Shown: in pieces, positions 8,915-18,945 of the stretch | Layout of the letters: every line of letters begins with the position of its first letter | How positions within the stretch are numbered: the first letter of the stretch is position 1 | Source of the DNA: Planctomycetota bacterium | GTDB taxonomy: Bacteria; Planctomycetota; JACOTG01 | Assembly: GCA_016178505.1 (NCBI GenBank) | Contig: JACOTG010000253.1 | Coordinates: 2,243-66,242 of the forward strand | DNA: 64,000 nucleotides | Direction of reading: 5' to 3' | Translations under genes and position numbers: made by a program | The notes under the pieces: model-generated | What the model was told of the DNA's origin: nothing | The model's input: only the letters and a program-made list of their open reading frames with translations | Database searches by the model: none

Positions 8915-11900
8915 ATGAGCATGAATGATCGGTTGTCATCGTTGGGGTTGGACCGCTTGTTCGACCGATTTCGCCGCAAGGGTGACGTCGCGGCTCTCGG
9001 CGCCGTGTTCGATCGCACCGCTTCGGAGCTCCTGCGCGTGGCCTCGACTTTCGTCCGCGATCCGGCAGAGGCCGAGGATCTCGTGCAGGCGACGTTTCTC
9101 ACGGCAATCGAGCGCTCCGACCGCTACGACTCGTCGCGTCGCCTGACGGCGTGGCTGCTGGGGATTCTCGTCCACCATGCGCACGAGCTTCGGCGAAAGC
9201 ACGCCCGTGAGATCGACCCGGATCGGGTCAGGTCGATGGCGTCGTTGCCGTCGCAGCCCGATGCCGAGGTCGAGGCGCGCGAGCTGTCGACGGAAGTCGA
9301 ACGGGCGCTCGCCTCGCTCTCACCGAAGGACCGCGCGATCCTCGATGCCTTCCTCCGCGACGGAAAGCGAGCCGTGGACATCGCGCAGGCCGAGGGCCTT
9401 GCTCCGGGGACGGTCCGCATGCAAATCCATCGCGGGCTCGACCGTCTGAGAAAGGCGCTTCCTGCAGGGCTCGTGGGCGGAGCAGTGGTCGTTGCGGGCG
9501 GCCGCGGGCTGGCGGCCCTTCGCGCCAACGTGATGCAGCGAGCCGCGACGACTGCGGCGTCCGTCTCGGCGACGGGCGCCGCCGTCGGAGGCGGCGCTCT
9601 TCTCGGAGGATGGATCGTGAGCAAGAAAGCCGTCGTCGTCGCGCTCGGCCTCGCCCTCGTCGCCGCGATTCTCTGGCTCGCGAATCCGCGCGAGGCACGC
9701 GATGCGGCGCGTCCTTCGAACGTCGTCGCGTCGTCGAGCGCGCCGGCGCCGGCGATGACGGCACCGACCGCAACGGTGACGATTGCGCGACCGGCCGAGG
9801 CGTCCTCCGTCGCGCGCGCTCCGTCCGCGTTCGAACGCGCGCTCGCAGGGCTGACGGGCCGGCTCGTCGAGCACGACGGAACGCCCGTTCCCGAAACGCG
9901 AATCGCGCTGGTCGAAGTGCGCGCCGAGCTTCTCGCCGATCTCTTCATCGGAAGCGTCGATCCGAATCCGCGACCGCTCGACGTCGTGGTCGCCACCGGC
10001 GTCACCGACGCCGAGGGGCGCTTTCTCCTTCGCGGCGCGCGCACGCTCGGGTCGCATGCGCTCGGCATCGATCTCGGCGGAGCCCGCGGTGCGCTGAAGT
10101 TGATCGACGCGGCGCTGCACCCCGGCGAAGTCGTCGACGTCGGCGACGTGCGGCTCGCGGCCACGGGATCGCTCTCCGGTCGAGTCGTCGACGAGCTGGG
10201 CCGGCCGGTCGCGAGGGCGCGGGTTCGCGCGGCGGAAATCCCGTCCGCGTTCCTCGAGCTGGGCGCGACCGAGGTTCGAGGAGACAGCGTCCTCGCGTGG
10301 GTCTCGGGACCGAAACCTCGCGTCGAAGAGCTGCCGCCCGCGATAGGCGCGTACGAAGACCGCCTGCCGGTGGCGACGACGCGCACCGACGGCGAGGGAC
10401 GCTTCGCGCTCGAGCGCGTCCCGGTGGGCAAGCAGGCCGTCGTCGTCGATGCGCCCGGGTTCGCGACGCTCACCGACGGCCCCATCGCGCTCGCCGAGGG
10501 CATGAGCTACTCGATGGGAGACGTTGCGATCTCGCGCGGTCTCGCCGTCCACGGATGCGTCGTCGCCGCCGACGGACGTGGCGTCGCTCGCGCGGAGGTG
10601 TGCGTCGGGCCGCTCTCGATCGTGCGAGGGATGGCGCAAACCGGTTTCGCGATCCTGCAACGTTGCGGGCGCACCGACGCGAGCGGTCGATTCGAGGCGG
10701 CCGGCGTGCGCGCGGCCGACGCCCTCGTCGTCGCGGCGCGCGACTCGGCCTCGCATCCGTGGGCGACGTCGCTCGTGCGCGACGCTTCGAGCGAGGTCAT
10801 CGTGACGCTCGAGGCGGCGTCGTCCGCCGTCGTGGACGTCGTTGACGACGAGGGCGCGCCCGTCGCCGGCGTCACGTTCAGCGCTCATCCGGACTCGGGC
10901 GCGCTCGCCGGGGGGCGCGTCGGGCAATTCTCGGCGGATGTGATTTCGGCGACGCCCGACGCGGAAGTCCACGGACGCTACCGACTCGAGGATTTGTCGC
11001 GCGGCGCCTACGCGCTCGTCGCGCGGGCGACGGATCACGCGTTCGCCGTGGTCCCGCTGCACGTCGAGGGATCTGCCGAGCCGACGCGGATCGTGCTGCC
11101 GCGCTGCGGCGGCGTTGAGATCCTCGTGCGGGACGGTCGCAGCGGCGAGCCGGTCGCAGACGCAGAGGTCACCGTGCAGCGAGTCGACGTGGCGGTCACG
11201 CCGTTGGAGATCGTGCGCACCGATGCCGACGGCATCGCACGAATCGACTGTGTCGTGCGCAGCGCAGACGTCGCCCTTCGCGTGCGCGTGGCTCATCCCG
11301 CGTATGCGACGGCGAGCGTTCCGTTCGATCCGACGACGGATCGTCACGTCGTCGCGCTTTTGCCCGGCGGCGAATTGCTCGCCCGCCTTCGCGACGGCGA
11401 GCAATTCACGCGGTCGTACGTCCTCGTCCTCGACCAGAAAGGCCCGCGCGGATTCCCGGACGGCGTGCTGACGCGGACGGGGGCGTTCGATTCGAAAGGG
11501 GCGTCGCGCCTCTCGCGGCTCGAGCCGGGGCGATGGACGTGGACGGTCCAGTTGTCGTTCGGCGACGCCTCGCCGCTCGAGCTTCTCGCCCCGCAGCACC
11601 ATTCTGATTACCTGAAGAGGGGCGACGTCGAGATCGAAGAGGGCGAGACGACGGAGATCGAGATCGTGCTCGACGGCGAACCGCGGACCCTCGTCGATCG
11701 GCAAGCGAGCGCGATGCTCGCGGGAACGGTGCGCATCAACGGCGAGCCCGCCGCGGACGTGCGCCTCGACTTGAACCCGGAGAACGACGAAGGGCCACGC
11801 GACATGGGCGTGAAAACGAATCGCCGCGGCGCTTACGACTTCGGCGCGATCACGCCCGGGCGGTACAAGCTCATCGTTCGTCGCACGCAGTTGACCGAGA

Positions 11901-12562
11901 CGTCAGGTAGGTTAGGCGAGATGGGCGCACTCGAGAAGATCGACCTTGCGTCGGGAGAGCATCGTCAATTCGACGTCGATTGGACGGTGACCGACGTCGA
12001 TGTGCGAGTCGTTCGCGCGCGCGGCGGCGAGCCCGTGTCCGGCGCTCTGGTGCAGCTCCGCCCATCGAGTAGCGGTAGCGGACGCCTCCTTTCCGCGGCC
12101 TCGGCAGACGGAGACGGCCACGCGCACGTGTCCGTCTTCGCGGGCGGCTCCTACGACGTGGCTGCGCATCACGACGAGCGCGGCGTCGGCAAGGCCACGA
12201 TCTGGCTCGGTGACACGCAGACCCACGCCGAGTTGACCGTCGCTCTCGACGAGGGCGTCGAGTGCTCGGGGTGGATCGTTGCCGACGAAGGGCTCCCGGT
12301 CGGCGACGGACACGTGAGGCTCTCGGTCTGGGCTTCGGGGGACGGTTACGTGCTCATCTCGTACCCGCTCGTCTTCGACGGCCGCCGGGCGCCGTTTCGC
12401 GTCGTCGGGCTCGCCCCGGGGAGCTACTACGCGAGCGTGCACATGCCCGGTGGGCAAGGCGTGGCGGTGCCGTTCGAGCTTCGCGCCGGCGGCTCCCGGA
12501 CGTTCGAGTGGACGTTCGTCCCGCGGAAAGACGAGAACGAACCGGGTGCCGATCATCGCTGA
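8915..12562 (+). CDS. ECF sigma factor fused to a TM helix and carboxypeptidase-regulatory-like Ig repeats
   Basis: Sigma2 (AEAEDLVQATFL...AWLLGI) and sigma4 (IAQAEGLAPGTVRMQIHRGLDRLR), TM AVVVALGLALVAAILWLA, then repeated GRVVDxxGxPVxxAxV...TDxxGRF units. Confidence 0.9.
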   Translation: MSMNDRLSSLGLDRLFDRFRRKGDVAALGAVFDRTASELLRVASTFVRDPAEAEDLVQATFLTAIERSDRYDSSRRLTAWLLGILVHHAHELRRKHAREIDPDRVRSMASLPSQPDAEVEARELSTEVERALASLSPKDRAILDAFLRDGKRAVDIAQAEGLAPGTVRMQIHRGLDRLRKALPAGLVGGAVVVAGGRGLAALRANVMQRAATTAASVSATGAAVGGGALLGGWIVSKKAVVVALGLALVAAILWLANPREARDAARPSNVVASSSAPAPAMTAPTATVTIARPAEASSVARAPSAFERALAGLTGRLVEHDGTPVPETRIALVEVRAELLADLFIGSVDPNPRPLDVVVATGVTDAEGRFLLRGARTLGSHALGIDLGGARGALKLIDAALHPGEVVDVGDVRLAATGSLSGRVVDELGRPVARARVRAAEIPSAFLELGATEVRGDSVLAWVSGPKPRVEELPPAIGAYEDRLPVATTRTDGEGRFALERVPVGKQAVVVDAPGFATLTDGPIALAEGMSYSMGDVAISRGLAVHGCVVAADGRGVARAEVCVGPLSIVRGMAQTGFAILQRCGRTDASGRFEAAGVRAADALVVAARDSASHPWATSLVRDASSEVIVTLEAASSAVVDVVDDEGAPVAGVTFSAHPDSGALAGGRVGQFSADVISATPDAEVHGRYRLEDLSRGAYALVARATDHAFAVVPLHVEGSAEPTRIVLPRCGGVEILVRDGRSGEPVADAEVTVQRVDVAVTPLEIVRTDADGIARIDCVVRSADVALRVRVAHPAYATASVPFDPTTDRHVVALLPGGELLARLRDGEQFTRSYVLVLDQKGPRGFPDGVLTRTGAFDSKGASRLSRLEPGRWTWTVQLSFGDASPLELLAPQHHSDYLKRGDVEIEEGETTEIEIVLDGEPRTLVDRQASAMLAGTVRINGEPAADVRLDLNPENDEGPRDMGVKTNRRGAYDFGAITPGRYKLIVRRTQLTETSGRLGEMGALEKIDLASGEHRQFDVDWTVTDVDVRVVRARGGEPVSGALVQLRPSSSGSGRLLSAASADGDGHAHVSVFAGGSYDVAAHHDERGVGKATIWLGDTQTHAELTVALDEGVECSGWIVADEGLPVGDGHVRLSVWASGDGYVLISYPLVFDGRRAPFRVVGLAPGSYYASVHMPGGQGVAVPFELRAGGSRTFEWTFVPRKDENEPGADHR

Positions 12563-12889
12563 GCGGCGTGGCGTCCCCACCGTTGGGGGAAGGTCGACAC
12601 CGCGCGCGGAATAATCCACGCACGATCGCGGCGTCGACCCGAGGTTTGGCGTGCCGGAGCACCGATTTCTCATCGCAGCGCCACGATAGACCGCACCGTC
12701 GCACGTCCGCCCGCCGCGAGAAAGCCGGATGGGCTGGCACCACGATTGCTCCGGTATCGATCGTCGACCCGGGGCCCCGAGCGGCCGCCCGGGAGGGCGA
12801 TCTTCCGATGCCTGCCTCGGAGCCCCGAGACAGCGAAACTTCTATCCCCGACGTTGCAGCGGGCTACTCTGCCCGAAGGATGACGAACC

Positions 12890-13741
12890 ATGAAGACTCC
12901 AACGCGTATCCGCGGATGGATCGTTGGCTCGATCGTCTGCGTGTCGATCGGTCTTACGCTTCTGCCGAGTGCCCATGGGCAGTTGCCGCCGTCGGTGAAG
13001 TGCGCGCGTGTCGTCTACCAGGAGAGCGGCGGGCTTCTCGGCGTGGAGAACCGGCTTTCGCTCTTCGACGACGGGCGAGTGGTCTACGCGACGGCCGACG
13101 TCCGAGGCGCGCGGACGATCGAGTGGGTCGTGCCTGCTCGCGAAGTCGATCTCCTGAACGCGCTTTTCGTGGGAACGGAGTTCATGAAGATGCCGCCCGC
13201 CTTCAAGGCGGACGGAATCGTGATGGACGGCGTGACGTATCTGGTGACCTACAAGTCACCGGACGGTCCGAGCCACACGGTGCAGAGCGAGACGCTCGCC
13301 GCCGAGCCGCTCGGCTTTGTAATGATCCGCGAACAGTGCGCTGCGCTCGGACGAGAGGTGCTCGACGCGGTCGTCTTCGAGATGAAAGCCCGCGGCGGGT
13401 TCGTCGGTGAGGATCATAGCCTGGTCGTGCGTGCTTCGGGCGAATGGGCCTATCGCTGCGAGACTCCGGGCCATCCGGAGCGGACGCACGACGCACGAGG
13501 CGTCTTCCCTCCGGCTCAGCTCGCACGACTGAGCGGCGCACTTCTCTCGGACGAATTCATGTCGCTTCCCGTGTGCCTTGGCGGACACGGTGGCGCGGAC
13601 GTCGTCGACTACGAGGTGAGTGCTGCGATGGACGGGGCCCATCACACGGTTCACTTCACCGACCTCAGCCCCGCGATCCCGCACGTCTTGACGATGGTCG
13701 AGGGATCGATGAGTCGTCTGATCGCGCGTGTCGAGCCCTGA
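12890..13741 (+). CDS. Secreted protein with two tandem emfourin/DUF6438-like domains
   Basis: Signal peptide ending AHG-Q; internal duplication YQESGGLLG...DGVTYLV versus MKARGGFVG...DVVDYEV. Confidence 0.6.
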   Translation: MKTPTRIRGWIVGSIVCVSIGLTLLPSAHGQLPPSVKCARVVYQESGGLLGVENRLSLFDDGRVVYATADVRGARTIEWVVPAREVDLLNALFVGTEFMKMPPAFKADGIVMDGVTYLVTYKSPDGPSHTVQSETLAAEPLGFVMIREQCAALGREVLDAVVFEMKARGGFVGEDHSLVVRASGEWAYRCETPGHPERTHDARGVFPPAQLARLSGALLSDEFMSLPVCLGGHGGADVVDYEVSAAMDGAHHTVHFTDLSPAIPHVLTMVEGSMSRLIARVEP

Positions 13742-13864
13742 ACTGGCGTCATTGCGGATCGGCGCGCGAGGGCCCGAGGGACGCGAGTTCCTTGGGCCCG
13801 GCTTTTCATGTGGATTGAATCCTCCCTCGAATCGCGCGACCGAGGCTTACAATCGCCCGCCCGA

Positions 13865-15901
13865 ATGTCTCCGCGGACCTCCGCTCTCGTCGTCATGCTC
13901 GTGGCAGCGCTCGCGTATGCGAATGCGCTCGGCGGCTCTTTCGTCGGCGACGACCGTCAGCTCGTGCTCGAGAATCCGGCGGTACGATCGCTGAAGAACG
14001 TGCCGGCGATGCTCGGGCTCGAAACGGGCGTGCCCGAGGCTCGCGCGCTTCGCAATGCGAGCTACGCGCTCGATTGGTTCGTGGGGAATGGGTCGCCGGT
14101 CGCGTTTCACGTCACGAACCTTCTCCTGCACGCGCTCGCGACGGGACTCGTCTTCGCCGTGGCACGGCGGGTGATGCCGCGCGCGGCGCTCGCCTCGGCG
14201 CTGCTGTTCGCGCTCCACCCGGCGCACACGGAATCGGTCGCGTGGATCGCCGGACGCAAGGACGTGCTCGCGACCGTGTTCGTGCTGGCGGGCTTCCTGT
14301 CCTTCCTGCGATGGCGGGAGCGCGGCGGAAACCGCTGGCTCGCGTGGCTCGCCGCGGCATTCGTCGCCGGCGTCCTCTCGAAGGAAGTGGCGTGCGTGCT
14401 TCCCGTGCTTTGCCTTGCGTACGACGCTTCCGTTGGCGGTTGGCGCGCGATCCGAACGCGCTGGCTCCTGTATGCGATCGGCGGGGCGATCGCATTGGTC
14501 GTCGTTGCTGCGGTGCTGTTCGAGTGGCGCGTTTCCGCGGTTGCGGGTGCAGGCGGATTCCACTGGGTCGCCGGCACGCTTGCCAAATCCGCGCCGACGA
14601 TCGCCCGCGTCGTGAGCCGCTACCTCGTGCTCCTCGTGCTTCCGGTGAGGCTCGTCGCGGACTACTCGTTCGACGCGTTTCCGATCTCGTCGAGTTGGAG
14701 CGATCCGTTCGCCATCGCAGGACTCGCCCTCGTGGTGTTCGCGTTCGTCGCGGGCGTCGTCGTATGGCGTCGCAACCGTTCCCTCGGCTTCGCGATGGCC
14801 TGGATCGGGCTCGCGCTCGCGCCGGTCGCGCAGATCATCCCGCATCACGAGTTGCTGTCGGAGCACGACCTCTATCTGCCGTCGGTCGGCATCTGCTGGG
14901 TCGGCGGATGGTTCTTCTCGACGCGCGCGGCTCGGCCGTTCCTCGTGACGACGTGCGTCTTGTTCGCACTGCTCGTGATTCGACGCAATGGGGAGTGGCG
15001 CGACGAGCGCTCGATCCTCGAGAGCACCGTGCGTGTGGCGCCGCGCTGCGCGCGTGCCCAGTTCAATCTTGCGAGGCTCGACGGCGAACGAGGCGACGCG
15101 GAGTCGATGCGCTTGCGTCTTCTCGCCGTCGATGCCATCGGGCCGGGTCCCGACGCAATGGCGAGTCGCGCCTTCGTCGCGGCCGAAAACGAGATCGTCG
15201 TGCAGGCGTTGCGCGGGGGCGCGACCGGAGCCGCGGAGGCCGAATCGCGACTTCGTCGAGCGATCGCAGCGATGCCCCAGGACGCGGGCTCGCGGCTCAA
15301 CCTCGCATCCGTTCTCGGCAGTCAAGGGCGCGTCGCCGACGCGGCGACCGTGCTCGAGGACGGAGTTCGTCGAGGGATCGACGACGCGACCGTCACGCGA
15401 ACCCTTGCGCGCGCGCGCGGGGAACTGGGCCTGCCCGCGGCGGACGTGCTCGCGCCACTCGCGGCGTCCCTGCGGGCGGCGCGCCGTGACGTCGATCGTG
15501 ATGCCGGCGTCGCGCTCTTGCTGCTACAGTTGGATCGTTCTCACGACGACGGACTTCGACTCCTGGCGTACCGCGCGCTCGGGCGATCGGCGGAGGCGTC
15601 GGAGTGCCGACGCCGAATCGTCGCGGACGTCCGCGGCGGCGTCGATCTCGTGCCCAATCGCGCCGGCGCCCGCAAGCGAGCGCTCGAAGTTGCGCGTCGG
15701 GATTCGAATGGATGCGCGTTGCTCGATCTCCCGGGAGCGCTCGACTCCGTGTCGATGAAGCGAGCGCTCGGTCACCTCCGCGCCCACGTCATTCTCGCGA
15801 TCGCTGCGGAGCGCGAGAGTTGGCGCGAGGCGACGGCGGCCGGGGACCCGTGGCGTCTCGTCGACACCGATTTCCGGAGGCTGTTCGGCGAACTGCGCTG
15901 A
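13865..15901 (+). CDS. TMTC-like GT-C glycosyltransferase with C-terminal TPRs
   Basis: Acidic loop YANALGGSFVGDD, then FHVTNLLLH, FALHPAHTESVAWIAGRKD, SKE, LVADYS and HDLYLPSVG; TPR-like tail. Start trimmed to ATG 13865. Confidence 0.85.
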   Translation: MSPRTSALVVMLVAALAYANALGGSFVGDDRQLVLENPAVRSLKNVPAMLGLETGVPEARALRNASYALDWFVGNGSPVAFHVTNLLLHALATGLVFAVARRVMPRAALASALLFALHPAHTESVAWIAGRKDVLATVFVLAGFLSFLRWRERGGNRWLAWLAAAFVAGVLSKEVACVLPVLCLAYDASVGGWRAIRTRWLLYAIGGAIALVVVAAVLFEWRVSAVAGAGGFHWVAGTLAKSAPTIARVVSRYLVLLVLPVRLVADYSFDAFPISSSWSDPFAIAGLALVVFAFVAGVVVWRRNRSLGFAMAWIGLALAPVAQIIPHHELLSEHDLYLPSVGICWVGGWFFSTRAARPFLVTTCVLFALLVIRRNGEWRDERSILESTVRVAPRCARAQFNLARLDGERGDAESMRLRLLAVDAIGPGPDAMASRAFVAAENEIVVQALRGGATGAAEAESRLRRAIAAMPQDAGSRLNLASVLGSQGRVADAATVLEDGVRRGIDDATVTRTLARARGELGLPAADVLAPLAASLRAARRDVDRDAGVALLLLQLDRSHDDGLRLLAYRALGRSAEASECRRRIVADVRGGVDLVPNRAGARKRALEVARRDSNGCALLDLPGALDSVSMKRALGHLRAHVILAIAAERESWREATAAGDPWRLVDTDFRRLFGELR

Positions 15902-15941
15902 GCGCTGGAAACGGTCGCCGATTCCTGGGAGAAGTGGCGCC

Positions 15942-17066
15942 ATGAACCCAGCATGGCTCTCGATTTCGATGGTCCTCCTGCAGGCGCCGCCGGCCGAGAT
16001 GCCCGCGACGCCTCCGCCGTCTCCTGACGAACTGATCCGCGTCGCACTCCCACAGTTGATCAAGATGCAAGAAGAGGGCGGTCAGTGGCCGTACGAGGGC
16101 GTGTATCGCGTCCACGAAGAGATTCCCGTCGGCTACCGCGTCGGCGGCACGGCGATCGTCGCCGGAACGCTGCTCGTTGCGGCGGATCCGAACGACGCTT
16201 CGGCATCGGCTGCGATCGATCGCGGGCTCGAGTTCGTGTTGTCCCGCGCCGGGCTCGGCCATGACGACATGGTTCCGAGCACGCGCGACGCGTACGACGT
16301 TCGTGTATGGGGACACGCGTACGCGCTCGAGTTCCTCTGTCGGGTTCGCGCCGCGAAACGCGCCGGCAAACACGCCGCCGAGGTGGATTCGTGGATTCCG
16401 AAACTCGTGAAGTCGCTCGAGACCGAAGAACTCGCGAACGGCGGCTGGAATTACGCGACCCGTCGGGAGCCCGCGAGCTTCGTCACGGCGCCGGTCGTGC
16501 AAGCGCTCCTCGTTGCGCGTGGCAGTGGCGAAAAGACGTCGGATACGATCTTGCGGCGGGCGCGCACCGTGCTCGAAGGTGAGCGTCTCGATTCGGGCGC
16601 GTTTCTCTATTCGGGCATCCTGACGCCGCAGAAGGGCGATGCGAAGCGGCCCGACGTCCGCGCACAATTACCCGGTTCGATCGCGCGATCGCCGATTTGC
16701 GAGACGACGCTGCGTCTCCTCGGCGGCGGCTCGGTGGAATCGATACAGGCGTCCATCGACGCGTTCCATGAGCACTGGAGCGAGATCGAGAAGCGTCGCC
16801 GCAAGAGCGGAACGCACGAGGGACCGTACGGCATCGCTCCATACTACTGCTACTACGGGCATCGCTACGCCGCACAAGCGATCGAGATGCTGCCGAAGGA
16901 GAAACGGGAGAAGGAGCGAGCGCGCTTCCTCGAGGTCGTGATGAGGACTCGCGACGATGACGGGACGTGGAACGATCGCGTCTTTCCCCGCTCGCGAAAC
17001 TTCGGCACTTCCATGATCGTGCTGGCGCTGCTCGGTGAACGCATGCCCCTACCGCCACCGTTTTGA
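15942..17066 (+). CDS. Prenyltransferase/squalene-oxidase-repeat (alpha/alpha toroid) protein
   Basis: QEEGGQW, NGGWNY, SGAFLY and DDGTW repeats; YYCYYGHRYAAQA. Confidence 0.75.
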   Translation: MNPAWLSISMVLLQAPPAEMPATPPPSPDELIRVALPQLIKMQEEGGQWPYEGVYRVHEEIPVGYRVGGTAIVAGTLLVAADPNDASASAAIDRGLEFVLSRAGLGHDDMVPSTRDAYDVRVWGHAYALEFLCRVRAAKRAGKHAAEVDSWIPKLVKSLETEELANGGWNYATRREPASFVTAPVVQALLVARGSGEKTSDTILRRARTVLEGERLDSGAFLYSGILTPQKGDAKRPDVRAQLPGSIARSPICETTLRLLGGGSVESIQASIDAFHEHWSEIEKRRRKSGTHEGPYGIAPYYCYYGHRYAAQAIEMLPKEKREKERARFLEVVMRTRDDDGTWNDRVFPRSRNFGTSMIVLALLGERMPLPPPF

Positions 17067-17108
17067 AGTCGTGCTGGCGCTGCTCGGTGACCGCATGCCC
17101 CTGCCGCC
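17017..17108 (+). repeat. 40-bp direct repeat duplicating the 3' end of the upstream gene
   Basis: 17017-17056 and 17069-17108 match at 38 of 40 positions: TCGTGCTGGCGCTGCTCGGTGA(A/C)CGCATGCCCCT(A/G)CCGCC. Confidence 0.9.
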
Positions 17109-17114
17109 GGGACT

Positions 17115-18932
17115 CTAGAAGCGCACCTCGGTCTGCAGGAAGACGACGACGGCTTCGTCGCGGCGCAGGTCGAACGCTCCGCCGGGATGGAACCAGCCGA
17201 CGTCGAGCTCGATCTTGAAGTTCGAGATCGCGCGCGTTCCGAGGACGAGATCGATTTCGTACCCGATGTCCGGGCTCAGGCCGTTGGTGTTCCTCCGGAT
17301 TCTCGAGTGATCGCGGAATCGTTCGGCCACGGTCGATTCCTGCCGGAAGAGGTGATAGACGAGGTCGACGGACGTCTTCTTGATCGGGTGGACGCCGACG
17401 CCGCCGGTGAAGATCTCGAGATTCGTCAGTTGGGGGTCGACGATCTCGCCGTAGTAGCGAAACGTCGTGACGCCGTTCCACCGCCCGATGTTCTGCTGGA
17501 GTCCCGTCTGTTGATAGGAGCGGTTCACGCCGTCGAACGGCGTGTCGTCACCGGTTCCCACTGCGTACGAAACCGTGATCGAGGGCTCGTAGTCGGACCG
17601 GAATACGTAAGTGACTCCGGTGTCGACGGCGTAACCGAAGTTGCGCTCTCCATCGAGGCGGCCGCGAGACATCGCCGCGTCGAGCCAATGCCGCAAGCCG
17701 CGCGTGGGCTCGGCGCGAGTGCGGATCCCGAGGTTGAAGTTCTCGAGCTCCGATTCTTGGTCGCGCCGATCGACGATGAACGCCGCAACCTCGGTCTTCG
17801 GTCCGAAATGCCACGAAGCGTTGCCGATGTAGTCGGTCACGTCGCGGTCCGAGGCGGGAGCGTCGAACAAGACTTCGCCGACGGATGCTTCGAGAAGGAG
17901 CGGGCCGAACTTGCCGAAGGCTCGAAGCGCATCGAGCTGCTTCTTGTAGAGCCACTGCCGGTCGTCCTCGAAGTCCTGGCGGCCGATCTCGACGTCGAAC
18001 GGCAGATCCCATGGCTCCTTGGCAAAAACGAACAGCTCCCGCATTCCCGTTCGCTCGATGTCATCGAGGTTTCGATCCTGATCGTAGATCACGTCGTTTC
18101 GCTGCGTGCGGAAGTCGGCGAACGCAAGAACGTGATCCGAGACTTCCGCGGTGGCCTCGAGATCCAGGATCTCTCGACTGCGGCCGGTGTCGCCGTGCCT
18201 CGTTCGATCGAGGTCGAAGTTCACTTCCAAGCGCGTGTCCCAACGCCCGCGCGCGCCGAACTTGAGCGGTCCGAGGCGCAACCGCGGCGCGCGGGGCAGG
18301 CTCGAGGTTCCCGCGCGATATCCGAGCTCCCCGTGACGGCGAACGACGCGGGGTCCGTCGGGATACACGACGGGGTCGTCGGGTGGGCGCTGCAGCCACT
18401 CGACATCGATGCCGAGGAGTTTGAGCTTGCGCGGTGATTCGTCGGAAGGACCGATCCACTCGATCGAGCCTTCGAGCTTCTCGATGCCTTGCTGGCGACC
18501 GCCGGAAACGACCTTGATTCGGCGCGCTCGGAACCGCTTTCCGTTTCGCGGCTTGCCCTCGACGCGTACCCACTCTCCAACGCGAAGGCTGCCGATCGTG
18601 ATCTTCCGTTTCTTGGCGCTCTCGACGACGAGCGGCTTCGACTCGTAGGGCACGACCGTGAATCCGAGAACGTCGAGCGACGGCTTTCCCGGATCGACCG
18701 CACGAATGAATCCCCAGAGCGTGTCCGTGGTACGGGCCTTTCGGCGGACGAGGTCCCAAGACTCGAACACGCCGTCGTCGCGGAAACGTCCCGTGAGCTT
18801 GACGCGAGATCCCACGCGAAGCTCGCGAGAGCCATCGGCATCGGGCGTCTGTGCGCGAGCGGGAGATCCCATCGCGAAAAAAACGACGCCGATGAGCGCT
18901 GCCCCGCGAAGGGCTGCGCGCATCGGCGTCAT
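17115..18932 (-). CDS. Alginate-export (AlgE-like) outer-membrane beta-barrel with N-terminal DUF5666-like OB domains
   Basis: Signal peptide; LRVGSRVKLTG and LRVGEWVRVEG repeats; GRQDFEDDRQWLY, YQQTGLQ and FRYYGE motifs; terminal Phe (TEVRF). Confidence 0.82.
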   Translation of the reverse strand: MTPMRAALRGAALIGVVFFAMGSPARAQTPDADGSRELRVGSRVKLTGRFRDDGVFESWDLVRRKARTTDTLWGFIRAVDPGKPSLDVLGFTVVPYESKPLVVESAKKRKITIGSLRVGEWVRVEGKPRNGKRFRARRIKVVSGGRQQGIEKLEGSIEWIGPSDESPRKLKLLGIDVEWLQRPPDDPVVYPDGPRVVRRHGELGYRAGTSSLPRAPRLRLGPLKFGARGRWDTRLEVNFDLDRTRHGDTGRSREILDLEATAEVSDHVLAFADFRTQRNDVIYDQDRNLDDIERTGMRELFVFAKEPWDLPFDVEIGRQDFEDDRQWLYKKQLDALRAFGKFGPLLLEASVGEVLFDAPASDRDVTDYIGNASWHFGPKTEVAAFIVDRRDQESELENFNLGIRTRAEPTRGLRHWLDAAMSRGRLDGERNFGYAVDTGVTYVFRSDYEPSITVSYAVGTGDDTPFDGVNRSYQQTGLQQNIGRWNGVTTFRYYGEIVDPQLTNLEIFTGGVGVHPIKKTSVDLVYHLFRQESTVAERFRDHSRIRRNTNGLSPDIGYEIDLVLGTRAISNFKIELDVGWFHPGGAFDLRRDEAVVVFLQTEVRF

Positions 18933-18945
18933 GGGGTCGACGATT

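Noticed and set aside
9124-12673. Long minus-strand ORFs of up to 794 aa, and similar Arg-rich ORFs throughout the window
   Set aside because: They overlap well-supported genes, carry no motifs, and are expected at this GC content.
17115-18932. Alginate biosynthesis locus
   Set aside because: Only an AlgE-like barrel is present; no alg8, alg44 or algD homologs.
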